Source of the DNA: Lingula anatina
Lineage: Eukaryota > Animalia > Brachiopoda
NCBI GenBank assembly: GCA_051362555.1
Contig: CM120640.1
Coordinates: 7,192,001-7,256,000 of the forward strand
Direction of reading: 5' to 3'
Length of the DNA stretch: 64,000 nucleotides
Below the pieces are notes generated by a model. The model was not told the DNA's origin. It saw only the letters and a program-made list of their open reading frames with translations, and searched no databases. The position numbers were made by a program, and so were the translations under genes. Within the stretch, counting starts at the first letter, position 1. Each line of letters begins with the position of its first letter. Positions 1 through 12,081 of this stretch are shown here, piece by piece.

Positions 1-287
1 CAAAGCAGTTGGCACCCTCACATGTGAGAACTTATTTACCGGTTTAGACGGTAATAGTTGGTCAGTCTATTTTCTCATACATAGATGATGTTAAGATGTT
101 ACAGGTTGCAGCTGAATCAACCTGCATGAGCATTTTTCTGGTTTTACCATTTTTCAATGTTACAGGAAGCCAAGTGAAATACTTGTCATCCTGGGCTGAG
201 GTATCTTGAAGTGAGTAAACATCAAAAGAATGAACCAGGAAGTCATTGTCGGAGTCTAACTCTGCTAGCGTAGTTGCATGGGTTGGC

Positions 288-1907
288 TTATTGTACCACC
301 AGCGTTAGCGCTGGCGGTACACATGGTTTTAGTCCCGTCTGGATCGTTCCGCCGGCTCCGCCGGCTCCTGCGGCTCTGCGGGCTCCGCCGGATGGCTACC
401 ATTACCGCTTCTCCTCCTAGACGGTAAGGGCCCCCGTACCCATCTCTTGGATTTAGGTCACCTATATTCTCAACTCGTTCCACGTAAAATTTGGGCTTTG
501 TCGTTTTTGGGGTCTAGGTGTGGCACTCATTGCAATGCACCCTTGTCTAAAAATGGCAAAAAAAATGCTAATTATCTACCCTACGGAAGGAATTATGGGA
601 AAAATTTCTACAGACGGCTTTCCAAAAGTCATATGTGTAGATTTCAAATATGCCCTTAGATTTGCCCTTTGACCATTATTTCAAGGTCAAATGGGCCAAA
701 ATTTTCAAAAAAATGAATTTTTTTACGAAAAAAAAATTATTTGCCCTGTTATTCAGACACCACACAGTCTTAACCAATAATATTATTGGAAAGTGTTACC
801 CTTCAGGTCATCTTTCATCTCCGTGAATTTGGGGTAAATCGGTGCATTTTCACGGGAGAAGTGGCCATAAGATACCGAAACTGAAAACTGTCTCTAATTC
901 GGGAACCGTTAATGCTAAACACCCATTCTTTTTTGCATTTTGTAGAGCATGTAAAGCCCAACACTGAAGGTGGTCTCCGCTTTTTTGTATTCCATACGGT
1001 TTTCAAGTTACGCTGTATCAAAAAGTACATATTGGTGGTGAAAGCAAAATGTGCAGTACGGTAATGGATAATAAATTTTGAACTCCGGAAAAATAAAACA
1101 TAAGGCTTGGCAAAGCAGACAACTTGTGGTCAAAAATGACATTATTTCATCAAATTTGAACATCTTTAACTTCAGAGCACCTCCCATTTCAAGAATTTTG
1201 ACCAAAATGACCTTTTCTTTATTTTAATTAATTTTTTCTGTAGGAAATTTATGGCACATTATGGTAACTCCAAAATTATAACATTAAGTCCCTTATATCT
1301 CCAAAATTGGCAGAGATAGGTCCATAGTTACTATTGAAGTTGAATAGGAAGTCATATACTGGCAATTTAAATGTGACCTTAAAATTGACCTTTGACCTAC
1401 TTTTCACCATGAACTGAACTTTGCAAATTTTGCTTCCCTTTTATCTCCAAAACTAGCAGAGATAGGTCCATAGTTACTATTGAACTTGAATATGAAGTCA
1501 TATACTGGCAATCTAAATGTGACCTTGAAATTGACCTTTGACCTACTTTTCACCATGAACTGAACTTTGCAAATTTTGGTTCCCTTTTATCTCCAAAACT
1601 GGCAGAGATAGGTCCATAGTTACTATTGAACTTGAATAGGTAGTCATATACTGGCAATCTAAATCTGACCTTGAAATTGACCTTTGACCTACCTTACGAT
1701 GAACTTAACTTTGATTGTACCATTTTTAGTCATATATATTTTTTGCATATTTTGAAAATTCTTGTTGATTGCATTTTTACAGCTTGTTAAGCACAAGACT
1801 GGTAGCTGTGTCCCTTATTTTGTGTATGTGGGGGTCTATACGAATGCGCTTGCTCCAGCTGGTGGTACAATATTCAGAGGCGGTATCACCTCTCTGATCC
1901 TCTAGTT
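288..1907 (+). mobile_element. Non-autonomous Helentron/DINE-1-like element (HINE), family A, copy 1
   Basis: 5' subterminal repeat ATTGTACCACCAGC (290-303) followed by a partial inverse (GCTGGCGGTAC); 9-bp CGGCTCC(T/G)G-type microsatellite; ~3 internal 146-bp monomers (CATAGTTACTATTGAA at ~1324, 1470, 1616); 3' inverted copy GCTGGTGGTACAAT (~1858-1871), stem-loop GAGGCG-GTAT-CACCTC, end CTAGTT. Homologous to 25108-26863 and 61363-63673. Confidence 0.8.
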
Positions 1908-3316
1908 GTCTCTTGAAGCCACTGGTTTCCTTTGCCTATGACGTTTGGAATCAAATATGCTTTAAATGTCTTTAGTTGACCTGCAGACTACAGCATGGTG
2001 GTTTTCAGTCATGTAACAGTTAGTGCAGTAGGATCCTGGTTTTGATGCGGGGCAATCTTTCCTGGGGATGCGAGTGTCACCGCACCACCTGCATTTAGCT
2101 TCAGGTGTGGTTTTGTTAAAAGGAAGATTTTTCTTCCACGTGAGGTTTACCTGCTCCTCTATACGTATAGACTGCATTATGCTAATGTTGGTGTTATGTG
2201 CAGCTTCCCATGATTTTGCTTTATTTAGTTGCTCTTCAAACGTGAGTGGTGTGTGGCCATCATCCTTAAAATGGTGAAGCAGCAGCTCCCTTAAATCTTT
2301 GTTGTGCACACCTGTGCAGAATCTGTCCCTCATAAGCTCCTGCACAGGGTCCTACATTTCTTCATATTTTGTCTTTCTGGCGATGGTTCTTATGCGAGTT
2401 TGAGGAGACATCTTTATTGCAGTCCTGCGCCAACACGATTACCACTTTCAACAACATATGATCTAGGCTTGTCGTGTTTTGTTACGACAGTTCCTGGGGT
2501 CCAGACCTTGGGCGAGGAATTCAGATTAGGGTAAATGCGAACACTGTCCCCAACATTGAGGGGAGGCAACTCCTTCACTCCTCTGTTGTTAATGTCATAA
2601 TAGAACTTCTGTCATTCTTTCTGCTGATTGAAGTGACTTTGGACCCTTTTGTTGTTGTGCACACTGGGTTTCAGTATGTCCTTTGACACAGGTAGGGTAT
2701 TCCTAGGATGTATTCCCATCCCAAGCTGGGCTGGAGACAGATGTATTCCGTCCAGTGGCGTCATCCTGTAGTCCAACAGCGTTTGTCCTTAGACTTCTTC
2801 CATAGCCTCTTTACGGTTTGTATGGCCCTCTCTGTTTCACTGTTTGAGATTTGGAAGTGTGGAGAGGATGTCTTATGACTAATACCAGGGTCAATGCAGA
2901 AATTCCGAAATTCTGCTGAGCTGAATTTTGGCTCATTATCTGTTCTCAGGGTATTAGGTAGTCCATGACATCAGTATGCTGACTTTAAGGCCTTAATTAC
3001 CGACGACGATGACTGACTGTCCAGCTTTATCACGCCGATGTATTTCGAGTAGCAGTCAACTAGTAATATGTAGAGAGATGATTCAAACTCGAACATATCA
3101 CCACCTACCATACTCTATGGTAGTTTAGGTTTTAGCAGTTCAGCTACCTGTTGGCTTTGTTATTCCACACATGTCTGAGATTTCCGACGAGCGTTTCAAT
3201 GTCAGTGTTCATTCTGGGCCAGTGGGTTTCATGCACTAGTTTCAACATTTCGTCGCGAATCACAATTCGGAGTCCTTTGTAGACGATTTGGTCAAGGACT
3301 AACAGTAGGTCTCTTG
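1908..3316 (-). mobile_element. Decayed Ty3/Gypsy LTR retrotransposon: gag zinc-knuckle fragment and integrase fragment
   Basis: ORF 1962-2345 is gag-like (LMRDRFCTGVHNKDLRELLL; knuckles CRWCG..C and CTNC..HHAVVC). 2700-3310 translates with frameshifts to integrase: EMLKLVHETH..WPRMNTDIE; HGLPNTLRTDNEPKFSSAEF; TSSPHFQISNSETERAIQTVK; LLDYRMTPLDG..SPAQL. Confidence 0.8.
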
Positions 3317-4392
3317 GGGTCCGCCATATAGATAAACGTCCCAATAAAATATTCGTCCCGATAGATACGTCTTTATACATACAGGTCTTAATAGATTTAC
3401 GTCTCGTTAAATTTACGTTCCGATAGATCCACCAACAGATTCCTATAAACCCACGTATCTTTAGATCCAGGTACCGCTAGATCCATCTATCTGACATCGT
3501 AATCGGCTAAAAGGCCCATATCAACTTGTGGTACAGGTATGAGGCTTTCAAGTGATAGTCTGGCTGCAAATACTGACCCACTTAGTGATCTGATTTAATC
3601 ACAACCTGATATTTATTATTTATTCATTTATTAATGTATTTATATATTTATTAGGTGTTCAAACAAGACATACGTGTACGTTAGCGTCTACACTCTAAAG
3701 TTCGGGAACGCGTCGTAAACATGAAACAGAACACATTTCAAGTGTGCAAATATAACATTTTGAGAACGCATTAAACAGTGTTCTGGCACCTAAACACTAA
3801 GCATTGTGAAATATAGAACACATTTTTGTTCTTTTTTTTTTTTTTTGTTTTGTTTTGTTTTGTTTTGTTTAGAACACATTTACATGTAAATTCAGAACAC
3901 TTTTTACGTGTTTGAATGTTACATTTTAAGAACGCTTTAAACAGTGTTCTGACGCTAGAACATTAATCGTTGTGAAATATAGAACACATTTTTGTTCTTT
4001 TTATGTTCTTTCACAGAGTATTGTGTGAAAACGATCTAGTAGAATAATATATTGCTGGAAGGATTAATATGTGCACTGTCGCTTTAAAGAAGTGCATTTT
4101 ATGTACTGAGTAGTATACCAACTATTTTGAGCAATAGTGTACCTGTAACGGATCTATCGGTATTTGGATCTAAAAATATGTGGATCTATAGGTATGCGGA
4201 TTTAAAGGACGTGGGTTTATGAGGACGTTGTATCTATAGGAACGCAAATATATAGGACAGCAGTAAAAAAATGGATCTATCGGTATTTAAATCTAAAAAG
4301 ACGTTTTTTCCGTTTTTCCTTTATGTATCTATCGGTAACGGGAGAATAGGGACGTGTAATATTTTGGGACTAAATTTTATCCGTATGTACCC
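3317..4392. mobile_element. MITE with long imperfect TIRs and 9-bp TSD (Mutator/MULE-like) inserted in Gypsy pol
   Basis: GGTCTCTTG direct repeat at 3308-3316 and 4393-4401; ends GGGT...ACCC; inverted subterminal motifs (ATAAACCCACGTATCTTTAGATCC vs GGATTTAAAGGACGTGGGTTTAT); Gypsy coding remnants on both sides. Confidence 0.7.
3727..4003. repeat. Tandem duplication (~175-bp unit) with poly-T/(GTTTT)n inside the MITE
   Basis: AGAACGC(A/T)TTAAACAGTGTTCTG...TTGTGAAATATAGAACACATTTTTGTTCTTTTT occurs twice (~3763 and ~3929). Confidence 0.7.
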
Positions 4393-4688
4393 GGTCTCTT
4401 GAGTTCCAGTAGTCAAGCCTCAAACGGTACTTCCGTTCTAGTGTCTGGCCATCCCTTAACAATGACATCATGAAGTAGGTGGAGTTCACTTTGTGAAGCT
4501 CACTTGATCTTGGTGTACTTGTCCGAGCTTACAGATAACATGTTTACCATGTCCTGGATATCCTCCTCCTTGACAGGGGGTAGGAAAGCTCTTGAGAGGG
4601 CTTCAGAAATGTGCATTTCTTTGCCTTGCCTGTATTTGACCATAATGTCATACCACTGCAATAAAATCATCATTTTCTGGATTCTCAT
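4393..4688 (-). mobile_element. Gypsy pol remnant (RNase H C-terminus/linker)
   Basis: RIQKMMILLQWYDIMVKYRQGKEMHISEALSRA resembles the Gypsy R(L/I)QR..L.LQ.Y....Y..GK....ADALSR motif. Confidence 0.8.
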
Positions 4689-4820
4689 CGGCGTGGGAGA
4701 GTCAGAATTTCATTATGTGCACATTTTTAATTTTCTTATTTTTTCATGACAATTTTCACCTGCAAACTAAAAGAAGTGCCAATGTATCCTCCATTTTACA
4801 TACTACAAGATCACAGTCAT

Positions 4821-4988
4821 CAGGGGCGGATTTAGGCCGTCTTCTGGGTCTTCTGGAAGACGGTCAGATTTTCAAGTTTACATTGACGGGTGTCTAATTT
4901 TTTCTGTCGGAAGACGGTCAAAAATGGAGGACGAATCAACAAAGATAATTTGGAAGACTGTCAGAAGATTTCTCTGGATCCGCCCCTG
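4821..4988. mobile_element. 168-bp MITE with CAGGGGCGGAT TIRs and 5-bp TSD (hAT-like)
   Basis: TIR CAGGGGCGGAT...ATCCGCCCCTG; GTCAT on both sides (4816-4820, 4989-4993); empty paralogous site CACA-GTTAT-ATAC at ~17776-17788. Diverged copies at ~7800-7967, 8539-8706 and 16751-16918. Confidence 0.85.
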
Positions 4989-5094
4989 GTCATATACTCG
5001 AAATAAAATAAGATTTATGAAGTTTTGTGGAGGGGGAGTCAAATTTTCATGGGGGAGTCAAATTTTCATTATGTGCACATTTTTTATTTTATTA

Positions 5095-7548
5095 TTTTTA
5101 CATATAGCCATCACCTGCGTCTGTCGTCGCCGTCGTCACTGTCGCCATCGCCGTGCACTTTTACCGATAACACGATAAGTGGAAAACTGTTTTTCATTTC
5201 AGCTTGAAACTTACAGAATTGATAAATATTTATAATACGCAGGTCAAGTTCGAAAATCAGCATGATCGGGTCACTTGTAGGGAAGTTATGGTGTTTTTTC
5301 ACTTTTTTCAGCATATATGCAGACCGATAACACGATAAATGGAAAACCATTTTACTTTTTGGCTTGAAACTTACAGAACCGATGAATATTCATAATATGC
5401 AGGTCAAGTTCGAAAATCAGCATGATCGGGTCACTTGTAGGGAAGTTATGGTGTTTTTTCACTTTTTTCAGCATATATGCAGCACCGATAACACGATAAA
5501 TGGAAAACCATTTTACTTTTTAGCTTGAAACTTACAGAACCGATGAATATTCATAATACGCAGGTCAAGTTTGAAAATCAGCATGATCGGGCCATATTTG
5601 TGGAAGTTATGCTATTTTTTCATTTTTTTCAGCATAAATGCAACACCGATAACACAATAAGTGAAAAACTGTTTTACCTTTTGGCTTGAAACTTACAGGA
5701 ATGATGAATATTCATAATACGCAGGTCAAGTTCGAAAATCAGCATGATCGGGCCATATTTGTGGAAGTTATGCTATTTTTTCATTTTTTTCAGCATAAAT
5801 GCAACAACGATAACACGATAAGTGAAAAACCAATTTACCTTTTGGCTTGAAACTTACAGAACTGATGAATATTCTTAATACGCAGGTCAAGTTCGTCTGA
5901 TCGGGCTATTTTTATGGAAGTTATGCTGTCTTTTCACTATTTCAGCATATGTGCAACACCGATAACACATTTCAAGGAAAATCAATTGGCCAATTGTCTT
6001 GAAATTCACAGGGGTGATCAGATTTACTAAAATACAGATGAGGTTCGAAAATAAGCTTGATCAGTTCTGTTTTGGTGAAATTGTGCCCTTTTTTGTATAT
6101 GTCTTTTTTCCTCGGATTTAATTCTTAGGCATGTTAACAATCTCATTTGTGAACTAATTAGTAATGTAAAGGTGTTCTTTTGACATTTTCTGCATCTTAA
6201 CAATATTGTTAGTTGATTATATAAAAATGATGGTAAACCTGTTATTGTGCATTGTGTAATAAAGTGTCAAAAAATTGAAATAAACTCATATCTTTACAGT
6301 TTGTCAGATTCAATCATTCACCATGTTCAGAATCTCAGAACGGAACAAATTGGACATTTAAAATTGTTCTATTGATATTTTTCCTATGTCAACAACTTTC
6401 TTAGTTGATCATTTAAAAACGACAGTAAATTGATTATTTTGATATATGTAAAAAAAGTGTTGAAAGTGGAAAGAAATTCATTTCAGTACAGTTATCTCTT
6501 GTGTACATTTTGGCATTTTGAAGTTGTGACTCTGAACTTCCATGGCCCTGAAGACCTTTCCATGTCAAATTTTCTGAATATCCATGATACTTTTATTTTA
6601 TTATTAAAAATTGATGGTCATTATGCTGTTAAGCATTATGTAATATTGCATCAAAATTGAAGACAACCCCATTTTAGACAATGCCTCCACAGTGTCCATT
6701 AAAGGAAAACCAAGTCACTTACTCTTCTCAAACTTACAGAAATGTAGCATAGCACTAAATTATAGCTTCAGTTGAAAAACCTGTTATATCGGTTAACTTT
6801 CTTGGAAATTATATAGTTTTTTGTTACAATTAAAATTTTCACATATGGACATTTTCAAGGTGTGACTTAGTCTTTGAACTTCCATTGGTTTGAATACCAT
6901 TGCTAGTCACATCTTTTGAATAGCTATGAAACATTTACTTTATTATTAAAAATTGATGGCCATTGTGCTGTTAAGCATTATGTTAAATTGCATAAAAGAT
7001 GAAAAAAAAAACTTTTTTGGACATCGCTGCTGGGATGACCATTAAAGAAAAACCATTTTACTTATGATATTCTAACTTACTGAAAAGTTTCATAGGACTG
7101 AAGTGTAGCTTGTGTTGGAAATCAGGGTGATTGTTTTCTGTTTTGGAAGCAATGCAGCTCTATGGAGTGCTATATGGGGCTACTGTTTATGGATGGTGGT
7201 AATTGTCCCTTGGGATAATCACTAGCTAAATTCAGAGCTATAAAATTACTTGCCTAATTGATTTTCAAGTGCCCATTAAATAAGATTACATAAAACACAC
7301 GTTGAGATTTCCCATTCAAGTCCTATAGGTTAAGCTCTCTTAACTGTGTCACATAATTAGGAATTGGTGATAATTATGCAGGTAAATGTTGTTTAATTTG
7401 CAAATAAGTTTACAAAAGAAAAAAAATTTGTGTAATGCCAACATTAATGCTATAGATGAATAACAGTGCCTTATTATCCTCAAACACATTGGGATTATTC
7501 ATATCATGTTAATACAGCAAGATTTAAAGTTTGAATAGCAGCTTTATT

Positions 7549-7580
<32 letters not shown>

Positions 7581-8868
7581 GTGTTTTCTTTTTAATTTTT
7601 TTCTAAACACTGGCATTTTCAACTCCCATCCACCTGAAGCTCTTCAGATTTTCTGTATTTCCACATAAGCAGTTGCATAGGTATTTATGTCTTTAAACAA
7701 TATGTAATATTATTTTATGCACTGTCAACATTTTTCAAATATTGGGATTTTCATTATGTGAATTTGAACTCTCATGGTCCAGAAACTATAATCTTATTGC
7801 AGGGGTGGATTGAGGCCGTCTTCTGGGTCTTTCAGATGACGGTCAGATTTTAAAGTTTACATTGACTGGTATCAATTTTTTTCTGTTGGAAGACCATCAA
7901 AAGTGAAGGATGGATCAACAAATATAGTTTGGAATACTGTCAGAAAATACCTCTGGAGCTGCTCCAGTCATTGAGTATGTTACCTGTTGTGCATGATTAA
8001 AATTCAGTGTTGATTGACAGTGCTATTATAAGCATTATTTATTACTGCATCAAAATTGACAAAATGACCCATTTTCTATAGGTTAAGCTCTCTTAACTGT
8101 GTCACATAATTAGAAATTGGTGATAATTATGCAGGTAAATGTTGTTTAATATTGCAAATAAGTTTACAAAAGAAAAAAAATTGTGTAATGCCAACATTAA
8201 TGCTATAGATGAATAACAGTGCCTTATTATCCTCAAACACGTTGGGGTTATTCCTATCATGTTAATACAGCAAGATTAAAAGTTTGAATAGCAGCTTTAT
8301 TGGAATTTTTTTTTGTGTGTGTTTTCTTTTTAATTTTTTTTCTAAACACTGGCATTTTCAACTCCCATCCACCTGAAGCTCTTCAGATTTTCTGTATTTC
8401 CACATAAGCAGTTGCATAGGTTTTTATGTCTTTAAACATTATGTAATATTATTTTATGCACTGTCAACATTTTTCAAATATTGGGATTTTCATTATGTGA
8501 ATTTGAACTCTCATAGTCCAGAAACTGTAATCTTATTGCAGGGGTGGATTGAGGCCGTCTTCTGGGTCTTTCAGATGACGGTCAGATTTTAAAGTTTACA
8601 TTGACTGGTATCAATTTTTTTCTGTTGGAAGACCATCAAAAGTGGAGGATGGATCAACAAAGATACTTTGGAATACTGTCAGAAAATATCTCTGGATCTG
8701 CTCCTGTTATTGACCATGTTACCTGTTGTGCATGATTAAAAATCAGTGTTAACTGACTGTGTTATTATAAGCATTATTTATTATTGCATCAAAATTGACA
8801 AAATGACCTATTTTGCATCTTTATTCTCTGTTTTTTGTCTGTACATTTGACAGCTTTGCTGCCTTGTC
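5095..8868 (+). mobile_element. HINE family B, copy 1 (5' hairpin missing), with 161-bp tandem array
   Basis: Starts TTTTTACATATAGCCATCACCTGCGTCTGTCGTCGCC like the copy at 9175; AGGTCAAGTT(C/T)G anchors at 5241, 5401, 5562, 5723, 5884 (160-161 bp period); ends TGTCTGTACAT-TTGACAGCTTTGCTGCCTTGT. Confidence 0.7.
7323..8815. repeat. ~750-bp tandem segmental duplication inside HINE-B
   Basis: CTATAGGTTAAGCTCTCTTAACTGTGTCACATAATTAG starts at 7323 and 8076; both units include the CAGGGGTGGA MITE. A third, diverged copy is split by the LINE (~11810-11881 and ~16352-16998). Confidence 0.85.
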
Positions 8869-11800
8869 AGCATATATGCAGCACCGATAACATGATAAGT
8901 GGAAAACCATTTTACCTTTTGACTTGAAACTTACAGAACTGATGAATATTCATAATACGCAGGTCAAGTTCGAAAATCAGCATGATCGGGTCACTTTTAG
9001 GGAATTTATGCTGTTTTTTCACTTTTTTCAGCATGTATGCAGCACCGATAACACGATAAGTGGAAAACCATTTTACCTTTTGACTTGAAACTTACAGAAC
9101 TGATGAATATTCATAATACGCAGGTCAAGTTCGAAAATCAGCATGATCGAGTCACTTTTAGGGAATTTATGCTGTTTTTATGTACAGACACAGATGTGTC
9201 TGTACATATAGCCATCACCTGCGTCTGTCGTCGCCGTTGGCGTGCACTTTTACCGTAAACACGATAAGTGGAAAACCGTTTTACCTTTGGCTTGAAACTT
9301 ACAGAACTGATGGATGTTCATAATACGCAGGTCAAGTTCGAAAATCAGCGTGATCGGGTGACTTGTAGGAAGTTATGCTGTTTTTTCACTTTTTTCAGCA
9401 TATATGCAGCACCGATAACACGATAAGTGGAAAACCAAATTTACTTTTTTTCATGAAACTTACAAAACTGATGAATATTCATAATACGCAGGTCAAGTTC
9501 GAAAGTCAGCATGAGCGGGCCATTTTAAGGGAAGTTATGCTGTTTTTTCACTTTTTTCAACATATATGCAACTCTGATAACACAATATAAGAAAAACAGA
9601 TTGGCCAATTGTCATTATACTCACAGGAGTGGTCAATCTTACTAAAACGCAGGTTGAGTTTGAAAATCAGCATAATCGGGCCATTATTTTAGAAGTTATG
9701 CTGTTTTTTCACATTTCCTCAGATTCAATTTTTAGGCATGTTAACAGTCTCATTATTGAACTAATAAGATACGTAAAAGTGTTTGTTTGATATTTCCTGC
9801 ATCTTTACAACATTGTTAGTTGATTATGTAAAAATGATGGTAAACTTGATATTATGTATTGTGTAATAAAGTGTCAAAAATGGAAATAAACTCATATCAT
9901 TGCAGTTTGTCAGATTCAATCATCCACTATGTTCAGAATCTGCGAATGGAGCAAATTGGACATTTAACACTGTTCTATTGATACTTTTCCCATCTCATCA
10001 ATTTTCTTAGTTGGTCATATAAAAATGGCAGGAAAATGTTTATTTTGTTTTATGTTAAAAAAGTGTTAAAAATGGAAATAAACCCATTTCAGAACAGTGC
10101 TGTCTTGTTTACATTTTGGCATTTTCAAGATGTGACTTTGAAGTTCCATGGGCCTGAAGACCTTTGCTAGTCACATTTTCTGAATATCCGTGATACTAAT
10201 ATTTTATAATTAAAAATTGATGGTCATTATGCTGTTAAACATTATGTAATATTGCATCAAAATTTGAAGAAACCCCTATTTTGGGCACTGCTCCCATGAT
10301 GACCATTTAAGGAAAATCATGTCACTTACTGTTCTCAAACTTACAGGAAAGAAACATGGGACTAAAATACAGCTTCAGTAGGCAATGCAGTCTGTTTGGT
10401 AATTTTTTTTGGCAGTTAAACAGTTTTTTGTGAAAATTTAATTTTTCACATGTTGGCATTTTCAAGGTGTGACTTTGAAGTTCCATGATCCTGAAGACCT
10501 TTGCTTGTCACTTTTTCTGAATGTCCATGTTACTAATATTTTATTAATAAAATTTGATGGTCATTATGCTGTTAAATATTATGTAATGTTGCATCAAAAT
10601 TTGAAGAAACCCCTATTTTGGGCACTGCTCCTATGATGACCATTTAAGGGAAGTCATGTCACTTACTGATCTCAAACTTACAGGAAAGAAACATGGGTCT
10701 AAAAAACAGCTTCAGTAGGCAATGCAGTCTGTTTGGTAAATTTTTTTGGCAATTTAACAGTTTTTTGTGAAACTTAAATTTTTCACTTATTGGCATTTTC
10801 AAGGTGCGACTTAGAACCTCCACGGGCTTGAAGACCCATGCTAGTCACATTTTCTGAAAATCCATGACACGTATATTTTATTATCAATAATTGATGGTCA
10901 TTATGCCATTAAGCATTATGTAATGTTGCATCAAAATAGAAGAAAACACAATTTTTGGTGCTGCTGCCATGATGACCATTATGGGAAAACCGTGTTACTT
11001 ATGACTGTCAAACTTTCAAAAAAGAAACACAAGACTAAAATGCAGCCTGAGTTGGAAAAGCAGTCTAATTGGCTTTTTTTTCTGGAAGTTATACATTTTA
11101 GTGAAATATTCATTATCTTCTTGGCATATTCATTGTGGGACTCGGAGCTCCCATGGACATGAAGCCGAATGGTAATCAAATTTTCTACATGTCCATGCTA
11201 TTTATAGTAAATAATCAAAAACTGGTGATAATTATTCTATAATTTATTATGTAATTTTACATCAAAATTGACAATATTCTTTTTGCACTGCTACTGCAAA
11301 CATTATGAAAAGAAAACTGTGTTACTTATTATTATATTTAACTTATAAGTATGATTTTAAGGATTGGCATGCAGTTCAAATTAGAAAGCCAGGTCAATTG
11401 GCTTATCATTTATTATTGAATTTTTTTCCAATTTTGTGTGAAATTTTCATTTTTCTCATTCTGGCACTTTCTAAGTATAAACTTGAACTCTGATGGGCCT
11501 GAAGCCTTATGCTTTTACTTTTGTCGGTGTTACCTGTTGTGCAAAATTAAAATTTGATGTTGACTGTGCAGTTAAACATAATGTATTATTGCATCAGAAT
11601 TGGTAGTCTCCTATTTTGTGCATTATTGTTTTGTGCTTTTCTTAAGTTGTGACTTATGGGCCTGAAAGACCTTTGAGAGGGTTAGTCTGTAAATTTCCCT
11701 TGGGTATCACTTAGCTAAGTTAAGAGTTATAAATTCATTTGCTTAATTAATAGGCCATTAAATGAGATTACATAAAGCACACTTGTTGATATTTCCCTGT

Positions 11801-12081
11801 AAACTCCCAAAGGTTAAGCTCTCTGCTAGATTAATAATAAGGAAGCAGTGATAATTATGCAGGTAAATTTTGTTTAATATTAATAATTTAATAATTTATT
11901 GAGCACTGAAATGTTTTTACATTTAGAGGCTCTCTAACTACTATACATTATACATACGAAAAGATAGTAATGATAGTAAGTAAATGAAAGAGAGAAAAAA
12001 AATTATACTTATATAATGTTACACAATATACATTCTCTTAATATGCAGGTGAGATGCATGAAATCATTTGTGCACTTCCAG

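Noticed and set aside
166-200. Possible small exon (TTACAG|...GAG|GTATCT) of TRANK1
   Set aside because: Translation does not resemble the expected upstream TRANK1 sequence; no support beyond splice-like motifs.
265-483. Similar short ORFs (DLNPRDG..GP..LGGEAV) at 265-483, 26596-26826 and 61404-61604 as a small-protein family
   Set aside because: They are the GC-rich 5' end of HINE-A copies; starts, stops and frames differ, and the repetitive peptides come from the 9-bp microsatellite.
5180-5900. 161-bp and 146-bp arrays near a reverse transcriptase as a CRISPR-, retron- or DGR-like system
   Set aside because: Monomers are repeated along their whole length with no unique spacers; there are no cas genes; the RT is an ordinary APE-type LINE inserted secondarily, with its empty site visible.
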